This document shows, in pieces, positions 26,111 to 40,660 of a DNA stretch of 64,000 bases. The notes under the pieces were generated by a model, which made no database searches, had not been told where the DNA came from, and was given only the letters and a program-made list of their open reading frames with translations. Location: assembly GCA_964016885.1 (NCBI GenBank), contig OZ024741.1, forward strand, positions 364,188,001-364,252,000, read 5' to 3'. The translations under genes and the position numbers were made by a program. This DNA is from Eledone cirrhosa. Lineage: Eukaryota. Numbering within the stretch: the first letter of the stretch is position 1; every line of letters starts with the position of its first letter.

Positions 26111-28316
26111 GACAAATATAATGCAGCTCAACAAAAGGACTTCCAACAACTTCCAGGCCTGGAACAATGACGTGCCAGCATTGTATGGGCTTCGAAAAGA
26201 CCATAAAATGAGCAGTGACCCTGTCACAGGACCACCAACACGGCCAGTCTGTGGAGCTAACATTGCTAGTAACTACAGACTTTCCTACTTCCTCTCCCTG
26301 ATCATACGCCCCATCATTGAAATGTCCCCAGATATATGTGACAGCACGGAGGACCTCCTCAGCAGAATCGGCGAGAGTAACCGATCTAGGGACCTAACAA
26401 ACTGCATAATAGTTAGTATGGATGTTGTGTCCCTATATCCATCTATTGACGTGGATTTTGCTGTGGAGAAATGCTTAGAAATGATCAGTGAGAGCAATGT
26501 TGAATTCCGTGGGATTGATACCAGTGAGCTGGGACTCCTACTTAAACTTACCTATAGTAATGATTATCTAGATATATATGACCTTAGCAACCTGTGCCTT
26601 ACAAGACAAGCAAGAGGCAGACCACCTACCATTACCTCCATGGCTAAAAAAACCTACACAGATAGGTGGAACAGGTGGACCAGAGCCATACGGACCCCCG
26701 AAAACCACGATGAACTAAAGTAAATGATTGCACATGCGGTGGGGGCCAGTATAAAATTAACCCTTAAGGAACATATGTTCAAATTTAATGGAAAGACATA
26801 TGCCCAAGAGGAGGGAGCAGCCATTGGTGTTAGCATTGCAGGTGACATAGCTAACCTATTCATGGTATGGTGGGACAGTAGACTTAAACTTAAATTTAAA
26901 GAACAATTAGAAGACAGCAACCTCTTAACCCTGATAATGTACTCCCGCTACATTGATGATATAAACATCATAGTAAAAACACCCCCACTAGAGAACAGTC
27001 AGGAATTAGAGAAAAACACCATGGAAAGCATCCAGCAAATAGCTAACTCCATCCACCAGAGTATTAGAGTTACTATAGACTACCCAAGCAAACACCCCAA
27101 CCATCGATTACCTGATTACCTGTACTAGACACAGAGCTCTGGTTAGATACCATTAATAACAAAAAACAAATCCCCCATTCCCATTATGCCAAACCCATGA
27201 CTTCTAAATATCTGATCCACCGAAACTCAGCTGTTTTGGACCATACCAAAATCAACATACTGATTGCAGATTTGGTACGGGTGATGAGAAACGTGTACCG
27301 TATGTGCAACCCCAAAGAACTAGAGAGACACATACAACACTTCATCCACCGTATGCAGTTCTCTGATTACAATCAGAGAGATAAAATCAGAGTATATAGA
27401 GGAGCCAGAACTAAATGGGAAAAAATAGTAAATAATGATACAAATGGGACCTACCCCTTGTATAGGAGCAAATTTTGGAATAGAATAGAAAGAACTAAGA
27501 ATAAAGTTAATAGAATAAACTCATGGTATGATAGCAATAAATACCAGAGTGTAATGTTCATCGATACAACCCCTAGAGGTGAATTAGCTTACAAATTTAG
27601 AAGGGCCCTAGATAAACATAAACTCAATATTAAGATAGTAGAACGACCAGGTACCTCCATAAAAACACTTGTTAGCAATACATACCCTTTTCAAAGACCT
27701 CCCTGTATAGATAAGAAATGTATAATCTGTAAACTAAGCCCCCCATATTAACTGTAAAACTAGAAATGTAGTATATAGCATAAGATGTACTGAAGGACAA
27801 TGTAGAGATAAGAATATAGTGTACATAGGTGAGACAGCTCGTAGTATAGGGGAACGGATAAATGAACACTGGCGAGAGCTTCAAGATAGTAAAGAATCAT
27901 CAGTACTCCAACATGCTAAAATAGAACATAAGGGTAAATTAGAGAACATAGAAATAAAAATAGAATCCACACACAGAAAGACGCAATGTTTAGACAAATC
28001 ACAGAGGCAATAAACATAAATGAACTCCAACCAAAATTAAATAGAAAACATGAATGGAACAGCAACATCACAACTTACAATTAAGGACAAAATGAAAACA
28101 CACACACACACACACACACATAGAACAAACAACCAACCAGTAACATGTAAATAAACAAATAAATAAACAAATATAAACACACACACAGACACCCGGATGT
28201 AACACATGTGCAAACTAAGCACACAACACACAATTTATAAATTTAATTTATAATAAATTGGAGTGAAAGCAACTGGTGCATGTGTTTTTATTGGCAACAT
28301 GACCCTCCCAAAGCAT

Positions 28317-28325
<9 letters not shown>
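26111..28325 (+). mobile_element. Penelope-like element, 5'-truncated and disrupted (RT + Cys linker + C-terminal GIY-YIG)
   Basis: LYGLRKDHK, RPVC, SMDVVSLYPSI, QEEGAAIG, YSRYIDD, CIDKKCIIC, NVVY..RC, YIGETARSIGERINEH; stops and frameshifts; clade (Neptune/Nematis-like) uncertain. Confidence 0.9.
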
Positions 28326-28348
<23 letters not shown>

Positions 28349-28513
28349 TAGGGTATAAGTATCGTAAGAGAGGAGGAAGCAGAGAGGTACAAAGAGGTGC
28401 AATACAGGATACTAAATGCCAATAGCCGAAGCATGGTGTGCTCAATGCTTAGGTGAGCAGAGTTAAGTATTAGAGGAAGTTAATATTTAGCGTATAGTTT
28501 AAGCAGAGCGGGA

Positions 28514-28608
28514 ATAGGCAAATGAATGAACGAATGAAGGAGTTACAAGCCATTAAAACAAGTTCTTGTTTTAACGGCTTGTAACTTCTTCATTCCTTCA
28601 TTCATTTG

Positions 28609-28613
<5 letters not shown>
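28514..28613. repeat. Short fold-back palindrome with a one-sided extension (28348-28513), between (TA)n tracts
   Basis: ATAGGCAAATGAATGAA...AAAACAAG TT CTTGTTTT...TTCATTCATTTGCCTAT. Confidence 0.85.
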
Positions 28614-28648
<35 letters not shown>

Positions 28649-28651
28649 TAC

Positions 28652-28978
28652 ATCATCATCATCATCATCACCGTTTTACGTCCGTTCTTCCACGCTAGCA
28701 TGGGTTAGACGGGTTGTCCTGTTGTGGGCAGTGTCTGGTCGGCTGACCATGCCTTGCTTATACAGGAACTTGATTTCTACAGCTGGATGCCCTTCCTAAC
28801 ACCAACCTCATTTACAGTGAGTGCTGGGTGCTTTTTCGTGGCGCCTACACGTCCACTTTACAGTGTGGGCTGGGTGCTTTTTTGGCGTGGCACCTCCACG
28901 ACCACCTTGTGGTAGGGGGTGTGGGGGCATATTGTCTATATACTTCAGCTTGTACCCATGGGAGGTCGGGTACTCTGT
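28652..28978 (-). mobile_element. RTE 3' UTR fragment
   Basis: Very similar to 1168-1507. Confidence 0.9.
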
Positions 28979-28990
28979 ATTTATATATAT

Positions 28991-29025
<35 letters not shown>

Positions 29026-29092
29026 CAGTGAGTGTGTTCTGTTATTAATTCTGGCAATATTATTACACAAATATGACCCTCCCCAAGTATAA

Positions 29093-29129
<37 letters not shown>

Positions 29130-29144
29130 CATACATATATATAT

Positions 29145-29194
<50 letters not shown>

Positions 29195-29196
<2 letters not shown>

Positions 29197-29474
29197 TCAT
29201 CATCATCATCATCATCATCAACGTTTAACGTCCGTGTTCCACGCTTGCATGGGTTTGGACGGGGGTATTCCCACTTGAGGCAAGAGTGATTGTCTTGCTC
29301 GCATAGGACTGTCTGGCAGGTTTTCTACAGTTGGATGCCCTTCCTAACACCAACCACATTTACAGTGTGGGTCTTTTTACCGTGTTGCCTACACGGCCAC
29401 ATTACAGCGTGGACTGTGTGTTTTTTTGTCGTGACACCTACACGATCTCATTTGTTTCGGCCTGGATGGCGTGG

Positions 29475-29477
<3 letters not shown>
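29195..29477 (-). mobile_element. RTE 3' UTR fragment
   Basis: Very similar to 46776-47063. Confidence 0.9.
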
Positions 29478-29514
<37 letters not shown>

Positions 29515-29668
29515 TACATATATATAGCTAACATATATACATATATATATAGCTAACATATATACATATATACATATATATAACTAACATATATACATAT
29601 ATATAGCTAACTTAGTCTTTTGCAATGCAAACACTTACGTGTTTATCATATATTAATTTATATTAACT

Positions 29669-29723
<55 letters not shown>

Positions 29724-29724
<1 letters not shown>

Positions 29725-30665
29725 ATCATTATCATCATTATCATTTAATGTCCATTTTCCATGCTAGCATGGGTTAGATGAGTTGTCCTATTTAAGACAA
29801 GTTGGGTCACGTGACTGTGTCTTGCTCATACAGAACTGTTTCTGGTATGGTTTCTACGACTGGATGTCTTTCCTAATGCCAACCACATTTGCAGTGTCTG
29901 CTGGGTGCTTTTTGTTGTGGCACCAAAACAACCACTTTACAGAGTGGGCTGGGGACTTTGGTGGGGGAAGAGTGTGGGAATTTAGGAGGTAGTTACAGGA
30001 GCATCTGTGAGGGGCAGAATGTTAGGACATGGGTGGGGGTGTTAGGACCTGTGAGGTGTATGGAAAGGGTGATTAAGGTAATGGTGGTGCACACTAGATG
30101 TATATTTCAGTCTGTACTCATAGGAAGGCGGGTCTTCTGTATTACTGCATAATGCTAGGGTTCTCAGTCTTGTGTTATCACCTTTGAGAGGTGCAATTGT
30201 GCAAGGTAGCTTTTATCACCTCATCACAAGTCTTCCAGGGTCTCCCTACTCCATAGCTTCTATCAACTTTGAGTGCTCCGCACTTTTTTATACAGCTGTC
30301 ATCCTTCATACACATCTCATGTCGATACCAATACAATCTCCTGCACAGTGCATTTGATCCCTTTTTTGCCTAGTCTCTCTCTCTCAGTTGATTTATGCTT
30401 TGCCATTCACATATATTGGAGCATGCAGGCTTTATTTCTTTCCAATCTTCGCAGGTCCTCTGTACACAGAACCTAGGTCTCACTACCATGCAATATTGCT
30501 GTTCATATACATGCATCATACAATCTGCCCTTGATTTTGGGGGAAAACCCTTTTTTTACTAGCAGTGGTGGTAGTTCCCTGAACTTTCTTACTCTGTCAA
30601 CTGTACTTTTGGAACATCCTCCCCTACTGCTAATTTGGTCCCCTAGGTAACAGAAACTGTCAACT
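29724..30665 (-). mobile_element. Decayed RTE LINE 3' portion
   Basis: VDSFCYLGDQISS..RKFRELPPLL..GRLYDACI; 3' UTR and tail. Confidence 0.88.
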
Positions 30666-30747
30666 ATATATATATATATATAAAATAAAATATTAAACAA
30701 ATAATGAATAAAACAATGAAACAGTTCCTTATATTAAACAAAAAAAG

Positions 30748-30902
30748 TTCATTATTTAACGATCGTTTCTAGGATATATATGTGTTAGAATTGGCATGCA
30801 TATTCAACAGATCTATGTACAAAATTATACAAAATTATACAAACTATCAAGATTAAATATACATACCAAACACACATATATGCCGTCTTCAGAAATAATG
30901 AA
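30748..30902 (-). ncRNA. Hammerhead ribozyme with very long stem II (left arm copy)
   Basis: Reverse complement of 38498-38652. Confidence 0.78.
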
Positions 30903-31513
30903 ATATATTTATTGATAATAACAACAATTCAAAATTTCAGGTCCGTTTGGGAACGGAGTTCAAAATTGACCAATGAAAATACAAAAAGTTTTATGCAGTT
31001 TGGTGTGTGTATATACATGTAACTAACCCCGTACACATATTTATACAAAGATATATGCTCAACATGCATACGCATGCCAAAAAGATGTATGCAAATACAA
31101 AAAATTTAAGGCTAATGTCTCTGTAAGTTTATAATCCACAGATAAAATGCGTATAGACACATAAATATGAAATAAGTGTATACACATATTCTCATACTCA
31201 CACATATCCATACACTCACACACACGCGCGCGTATATGCATAAACATACACATAATTACGAACATACATACACACACACACCTCCACACACATATATATG
31301 TGGATATAATATTATCATAAGCACATGGATATTAATTCACTCACATAAACACTGCCACACACATTTAGATCAAGATACAGAAATTAGGTGGGAGGGGGGG
31401 AGAGGTCAGTATTCAACTGTTTGGGCAGACTGCTTATTTATAGATGTATCTATAAACTTCGAAATAAAAAGAAAAGAAAAGAAAAAGAAAAAAGAAAAAA
31501 GAAATATATCAAG

Positions 31514-31559
<46 letters not shown>

Positions 31560-31631
31560 CACACATCTACACATACAACACACACACACACACATATATA
31601 AACATATACATATATATATATACACACATAT

Positions 31632-31676
<45 letters not shown>

Positions 31677-32031
31677 TACACATATATAGACACGCATATA
31701 TATACACATACACGCACATATACATACACATACATACTTATATACATACAGACATACACATACATACATATATATACACACATATACATACAGACATACA
31801 TACATACACACATACACACATACATACACACACATACATACTCATACATAGACATAGAAATATATTCACCCACACATACGTACTTATATATACGCATATA
31901 TACAAATACTTACGCATCCATATATCGGTATATACATACAAAACACCACTACATTCTCACACAACTCAGACATACAAAGAAAAAGGTATATACATATACA
32001 CATATACACATACAAATAGAGATACATATAC

Positions 32032-32064
<33 letters not shown>

Positions 32065-32673
32065 CATACATATATACAAATACATACGCATCCATATATG
32101 CGTATATACATACAAACACCACTACACTCTCACACAACTCAGACATACAAAGAAAAAGGTATATACATATACATATATACACACATTAATAGAGATACAT
32201 ATACACATATATATATATATATACACATACATTTATATATATACCCACACACACATACAACCATAAACACACATACAAACACATACATACACACATATAT
32301 ATACATATATATACACACACACAAAAACACACATACACATATATATTTTTACACATACATATACATATATATACATATACACACCTTCACATATATATAT
32401 ATACACATAAGTTATATTATAATAATAAATAATATATATATATACACATACGAATATATATATACACACATAGATATACATATTCATATATACACACACA
32501 CACACTCACATATATATGTGCGCACACGTACATATATACACATACACACATATACACATAAACATATACATGTGCATACATGTACATACACACATATACC
32601 CACATAGATACGAAGATAGACATATATATAGAGAGACATACATATACATACACATATATACATACACATACAT

Positions 32674-32716
<43 letters not shown>

Positions 32717-33504
32717 TACACGCCCACACATATATACACATATACACACATATATATATATACATACACATATATATACACATGCATATATACACATATA
32801 TATATATATACATATATATATACACACAATCATACATTCTTATTTGCATGCGCATATATGTATTTTTATACTCAGATATAAACACCCAAACATATATACA
32901 CCTACCTACATATATATTCATACATACACGTTTACAAACACAGATGATAATAGTATGGGGGAAAGGGGGGGGGGGGAGAAGGGGATTATAGTAAATATAT
33001 GTTTCAAGAAACATAGAATATTAATCTGTATTTGGATCTCAATATATGTTTTTACATAGTTTCAGTGTTAGGAAATGCAAGAAATAAGGCAAAATTATGC
33101 ATTTCAAAATAAGTATACCATTAATTATATGTTAACTAAACTAAAGAAAGTTAACATATTGATTTCTAAGGTGTAAATTAGTTAGGTTTATAATATTTGA
33201 AGCAGAATTTTGAAGTTAAATAGTAGTAGAGTATTAATTATAGTATAACTAAATTAAAGTTATTAACGTTATGGTATCAATATTAGGAAATGAATTTAGT
33301 AATAGGGAAAAAACAAATAAAGTATTACATCGGTAGTAGAATATAAATTATAGGTTAACTAAATTAAAAATTATATATTAATTTCTATAGTATATGTTAA
33401 TTAGGTATATAATAAATAAAACAGATATTGTATTTTATCAATAGCAGAATATAATTATATGCAAATAGAAATCAAAATTAATACATATACATATACATAT
33501 ACAT

Positions 33505-33569
<65 letters not shown>

Positions 33570-34071
33570 TACATACATACACATACATATACATACATAC
33601 ATATACATATTTTTTCAAAAATTGCAAAGAATATATTAACTAGGTATACATCCAAAACACATCCCATTCTATGATTACATGACACTCTGCAATCCGTCTG
33701 TATTAGGATACTAATTTTAAGCCAATTAAATTAAATTTTTAGGTTGACTAAATTTAAAACCAAATTATAAATATATTTCTAAAATGTATATTAATTAGGT
33801 CTATAATACTAAAAATTATTTCTCTATCATTGGATACACGATATTTTGTTATATTTTATCTGTAAAGGAATTTTAATAAAGGGTTAAATAAATTAAAATT
33901 AATCTATAAATTAAATTACTAAGTATATATTAGTAATATTTAAAGGTTTTTCACAATTTATGATTACACAATATTTTATATTCTCATCTGTAGTAGAATT
34001 TTAATTAAATTAAATTTATAGGTTAACTAACATTTAAATTAAATTATATATTAATTTCTAAAATAATGTTA

Positions 34072-34704
34072 TTAATTAGGTTTATAATATTTAAATGTTT
34101 TTTTTAGTTTATGATTACACGATATAATTAATTCCTGTCGTTTATTTAATAGGATATCCTTAGATTTCATTATTTCAAATAGTTCTTGGGAACATAATCT
34201 ACATTCATTTCTATTATTTTGATAAGGGGTGGCTCTTTTGAGCACACTCCAGGTCAAATCATATTCTATATTCTTATTTTTATAACTATTGATTTTTTCT
34301 GCTAGAGATGTTGTATTAGCCAGTGCGGCATTTTTAAAACTATGCTTGTGGGTATTAAACCTTGTCTTAAAATTGTTAGAAGTAGCTCCTATATATGAGC
34401 AAATAGAATCTTTAGTTTTAACATTACATTTATAGACTATGTTGTTAACAAGACAATTCCCTTTTAATGGGCAGTTTGCTTTGTTTCTACAGTTACAACC
34501 TTTCGTTAATTCTGTATTTGAGGAGATATTATGGTTAATTTGATGTATTGGTGGTATACTTATGGTTTTCTTACATTTATATGCATTATAGGCACTTATA
34601 TTTTGTTTTATGTTATTTGTTGTTGAGTATGAGAATTTAACTGTAGACCTATTTAAGATTTGATGGTATTTGTGGTTTGGCGGGAAGTTTTTCTCTAGTT
34701 TTCT
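34072..34704 (-). pseudogene. C-terminal GIY-YIG endonuclease region of a Penelope-like element (5'-truncated, frame open)
   Basis: CNCRNKANC linker, IVYKC..SYIGAT..FKTRF..H, CRLCSQE, LLNKRQE..CNH. Confidence 0.85.
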
Positions 34705-35305
34705 CAAATACCATCAAATCTTAAATAGGTCTACAGTTAAATTCTCATACTCAACAACAAATAACATAAAACAAAATATAAGTGCCTATAATGCATATAA
34801 ATGTAAGAAAACCATAAGTATACCACCAATACATCAAATTAACCATAATATCTCCTCAAATACAGAATTAACGAAAGGTTGTAACTGTAGAAACAAAGCA
34901 AACTGCCCATTAAAAGGGAATTGTCTTGTTAACAACATAGTCTATAAATGTAATGTTAAAACTAAAGATTCTATTTGTTCATATATAGGAGCTACTTCTA
35001 ACAATTTTAAGACAAGGTTTAATACCCACAAGCATAGTTTTAAAAATGCCGCACTGGCTAATACAACATCTCTAGCAGAAAAAATCAATAGTTATAAAAA
35101 TAAGAATATAGAATATGATTTGACCTGGAGTGTGCTCAAAAGAGCCACCCCTTATCAAAATAATAGAAATGAATGTAGATTATGTTCCCAAGAACTATTT
35201 GAAATAATGAAATCTAAGGATATCCTATTAAATAAACGACAGGAATTAATTATATCGTGTAATCATAAACTAAAAAAAACATTTAAATATTATAAACCTA
35301 ATTAA
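34705..35305 (+). pseudogene. Mirror copy of the GIY-YIG endonuclease region
   Basis: Same translation from KYHQILN to KYYKPN; one synonymous difference seen (Cys TGC/TGT). Confidence 0.85.
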
Positions 35306-35807
35306 TAACATTATTTTAGAAATTAATATATAATTTAATTTAAATGTTAGTTAACCTATAAATTTAATTTAATTAAAATTCTACTACAGATGAGAATATA
35401 AAATATTGTGTAATCATAAATTGTGAAAAACCTTTAAATATTACTAATATATACTTAGTAATTTAATTTATAGATTAATTTTAATTTATTTAACCCTTTA
35501 TTAAAATTCCTTTACAGATAAAATATAACAAAATATCGTGTATCCAATGATAGAGAAATAATTTTTAGTATTATAGACCTAATTAATATACATTTTAGAA
35601 ATATATTTATAATTTGGTTTTAAATTTAGTCAACCTAAAAATTTAATTTAATTGGCTTAAAATTAGTATCCTAATACAGACGGATTGCAGAGTGTCATGT
35701 AATCATAGAATGGGATGTGTTTTGGATGTATACCTAGTTAATATATTCTTTGCAATTTTTGAAAAAATATGTATATGTATGTATGTATATGTATGTGTAT
35801 GTATGTA

Positions 35808-35842
<35 letters not shown>

Positions 35843-36633
35843 GTGTATGTATATGTATATGTATATGTATTAATTTTGATTTCTATTTGCATATAATTAT
35901 ATTCTGCTATTGATAAAATACAATATCTGTTTTATTTATTATATACCTAATTAACATATACTATAGAAATTAATATATAATTTTTAATTTAGTTAACCTA
36001 TAATTTATATTCTACTACCGATGTAATACTTTATTTGTTTTTTCCCTATTACTAAATTCATTTCCTAATATTGATACCATAACGTTAATAACTTTAATTT
36101 AGTTATACTATAATTAATACTCTACTACTATTTAACTTCAAAATTCTGCTTCCAATATTATAAACCTAACTAATTTACACCTTAGAAATCAATATGTTAA
36201 CTTTCTTTAGTTTAGTTAACATATAATTAATGGTATACTTATTTTGAAATGCATAATTTTGCCTTATTTCTTGCATTTCCTAACACTGAAACTATGTAAA
36301 AACATATATTGAGATCCAAATACAGATTAATATTCTATGTTTCTTGAAACATATATTTACTATAATCCCCTTCTCCCCCCCCCCCTTTCCCCCATACTAT
36401 TATCATCTGTGTTTGTAAACGTGTATGTATGAATATATATGTAGGTAGGTGTATATATGTTTGGGTGTTTATATCTGAGTATAAAAATACATATATGCGC
36501 ATGCAAATAAGAATGTATGATTGTGTGTATATATATATGTATATATATATATATGTGTATATATGCATGTGTATATATATGTGTATGTATATATATATAT
36601 GTGTGTATATGTGTATATATGTGTGGGCGTGTA

Positions 36634-36676
<43 letters not shown>

Positions 36677-37285
36677 ATGTATGTGTATGTATATATGTGT
36701 ATGTATATGTATGTCTCTCTATATATATGTCTATCTTCGTATCTATGTGGGTATATGTGTGTATGTACATGTATGCACATGTATATGTTTATGTGTATAT
36801 GTGTGTATGTGTATATATGTACGTGTGCGCACATATATATGTGAGTGTGTGTGTGTGTATATATGAATATGTATATCTATGTGTGTATATATATATTCGT
36901 ATGTGTATATATATATATTATTTATTATTATAATATAACTTATGTGTATATATATATATGTGAAGGTGTGTATATGTATATATATGTATATGTATGTGTA
37001 AAAATATATATGTGTATGTGTGTTTTTGTGTGTGTGTATATATATGTATATATATGTGTGTATGTATGTGTTTGTATGTGTGTTTATGGTTGTATGTGTG
37101 TGTGGGTATATATATAAATGTATGTGTATATATATATATATATGTGTATATGTATCTCTATTAATGTGTGTATATATGTATATGTATATACCTTTTTCTT
37201 TGTATGTCTGAGTTGTGTGAGAGTGTAGTGGTGTTTGTATGTATATACGCATATATGGATGCGTATGTATTTGTATATATGTATG

Positions 37286-37318
<33 letters not shown>

Positions 37319-37693
37319 GTATATGTATCTCTATTTGTATGTGTATATGTGTATATGTATATACCTTTTTCTTTGTATGTCTGAGTTGTGTGAGAATGTA
37401 GTGGTGTTTTGTATGTATATACCGATATATGGATGCGTAAGTATTTGTATATATGCGTATATATAAGTACGTATGTGTGGGTGAATATATTTCTATGTCT
37501 ATGTATGAGTATGTATGTGTGTGTATGTATGTGTGTATGTGTGTATGTATGTATGTATGTCTGTATGTATATGTGTGTATATATATGTATGTATGTGTAT
37601 GTCTGTATGTATATAAGTATGTATGTGTATGTATATGTGCGTGTATGTGTATATATATGCGTGTCTATATATGTGTGTGTGTATATATGTGTA

Positions 37694-37736
<43 letters not shown>

Positions 37737-37808
37737 ATATGTGTGTATATATATATATGTATATGTTTATATATGTGTGTGTGTGTGTGTTGTATGTGTA
37801 GATGTGTG

Positions 37809-37886
<78 letters not shown>

Positions 37887-38497
37887 CTTGATATATTTCT
37901 TTTTTCTTTTTTCTTTTTCTTTTCTTTTCTTTTTATTTCGAAGTTTATAGATACATCTATAAATAAGCAGTCTGCCCAAACAGTTGAATACTGACCTTTC
38001 CCCCCCTCCCACCTAATTTCTGTATCTTGATCTAAATGTGTGTGGCAGTGTTTATGTGAGTGAATTAATATCCATGTGCTTATGATAATATTATATCCAC
38101 ATATATATGTGTGTGGGGGTGTGTGTGTGTATGTATGTTCGTAATTATGTGTATGTTTATGCATATACGCGCGCGTGTGTGTGAGTGTATGGATATGTGT
38201 GAGTATGAGAATATGTGTATACACTTATTTCATATTTATGTGTCTATACGCATTTTATCTGTGGATTATAAACTTACAGAGACATTAGCCTTAAATTTTT
38301 TGTATTTGCATACATCTTTTTGGCATGCGTATGCATGTTGAGCATATATCTTTGTATAAATATGTGTACGGGGTTAGTTACATGTATATACACACACCAA
38401 ACTGCATAAAACTTTTTGTATTTTCATTGGTCAATTTTGAACTCCGTTCCCAAACGGACCTGAAATTTTGAATTGTTGTTATTATCAATAAATATAT

Positions 38498-38652
38498 TTC
38501 ATTATTTCTGAAGACGGCATATATGTGTGTTTGGTATGTATATTTAATCTTGATAGTTTGTATAATTTTGTATAATTTTGTACATAGATCTGTTGAATAT
38601 GCATGCCAATTCTAACACATATATATCCTAGAAACGATCGTTAAATAATGAA
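38498..38652 (+). ncRNA. Hammerhead ribozyme with very long stem II (right arm copy)
   Basis: TTCATTATTT-CTGAAGA-[116 nt imperfect hairpin]-GAAAC GATC GTT-AAATAATGAA; 10-bp stem I, palindromic AACGATCGTT. Confidence 0.78.
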
Positions 38653-38846
38653 CTTTTTTTGTTTAATATAAGGAACTGTTTCATTGTTTTATTCATTATT
38701 TGTTTAATATTTTATCTTGACTCTGTATTCCGTTTATCTTTCACCGAAAGTGATTTTTCATTACATCTCTTCTTTCCATGATATCCGGAATACATTGAGT
38801 TCTTCATACGGATTGGACACTACCGTAAACTCTTGGTAGATTTATC

Positions 38847-39362
<516 letters not shown>

Positions 39363-39418
39363 CATATATATATATATATATATATATATAGTTGACAGTT
39401 TCTGTTACCTAGGGGACC

Positions 39419-39491
<73 letters not shown>

Positions 39492-40473
39492 TTTATTTCA
39501 TGTTGTGACTAACAGATAGTATAGCAATTTGAAAGACCAATGGAAACATTGTTTCCTTGATCTGATTTGACGAGCTCCACCCCACTCATTAAGCAAATGA
39601 GGTCTGGGATCTTTTTCATCAACTAAAAGCCTTCCATCATATGTAAGAACATTTCTTAAATTATGTTTCAAATAGTTGATTAAATATAATAAAGTTAGTT
39701 ATGTAGATCAAGTTCTTGATTATTTTCAAAATGAGAAATGTGTTAATGAAAGGGTTAAAATGTAAGTTTTGGAGCTACACTCACTGTAAAAGATCATCCA
39801 GGTAATATTTCACAAGAGTTGGTTTTGTTTATGAAAGAATGGTAATTTGAGCTTTTTTAAGAAACCTAGTCTTTAAATGTTTAAAAGTACCACAAGGTAA
39901 CTGCAAGATTTATTGTGATAAGCCTGATTGACACAATCTGACCAATCACAGAAGCTTTATATCTGTAAACAGAGCCATCGAAACTAGCAGCATGTTATTT
40001 ACATGCTGTTCATCTAAGAGTTGTACTATGACAAGGCAGTGTAAACAGAATGCACCATGGGAGCCCCATCTGAGTGTTTACTGTTCATTGCTAATGCAAA
40101 TGGCAACCAGTGTATGTTAGCTAAGTTTGCTGTGCTGTTATATTAAGACAGGTTTATAATACATTTTTATTAATTTGATATAACCTTACTATTAATCCAG
40201 CTTTGCAAACATATAGGCATAGACATAGCTGTGTGGTTCAAAAATGTATTTTTCATTAAATTGACCAATCCCTTGTGAGTGGAATTTGGTAGATGGAATC
40301 TGCAGAAGCCACCACCACACTACACCTGCCAGTATACTGATGAATTCTCTACCAGCAAGACCCTGATTACCTCTTGCATACATGCAGGACCTAGTCACCT
40401 GACTGGACTGGCCTCAGTATATGACAGCTGTCCAATCTATGCAAGCATGAAAAATAAATATTATATGGTGATG

Positions 40474-40660
40474 GAGGATTGGCAGTATTGGTAGAGGGTC
40501 GGACGCCATGCTTTGACGCATAGAGTTACTGCCCTTGCCATTCTGAGTTCAAATCCCGCCGAGGTTAACTTTGCCTTTCATCCTTTCGGGGTCGATAAAA
40601 TAAAGTACCAGTAATGTACTGGGTAATTGCTGGCCTTGTGCCAAATGTAGAAACAATTAT
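40474..40660 (+). mobile_element. Meta-like tRNA SINE
   Basis: TTGGCAGTATTGG A-box-like, GTTCAAATCC B box, GCCTTTCATCCTTTCGGGGTCGATAAA. Confidence 0.87.

Noticed and set aside
34670-34704. N-terminus MWFGGKFFSSFL of the plus-strand 211-aa ORF as a real standalone nuclease gene
   Set aside because: It is the antisense of the palindrome spacer with a non-ATG start; both ORFs are 5'-truncated element fragments
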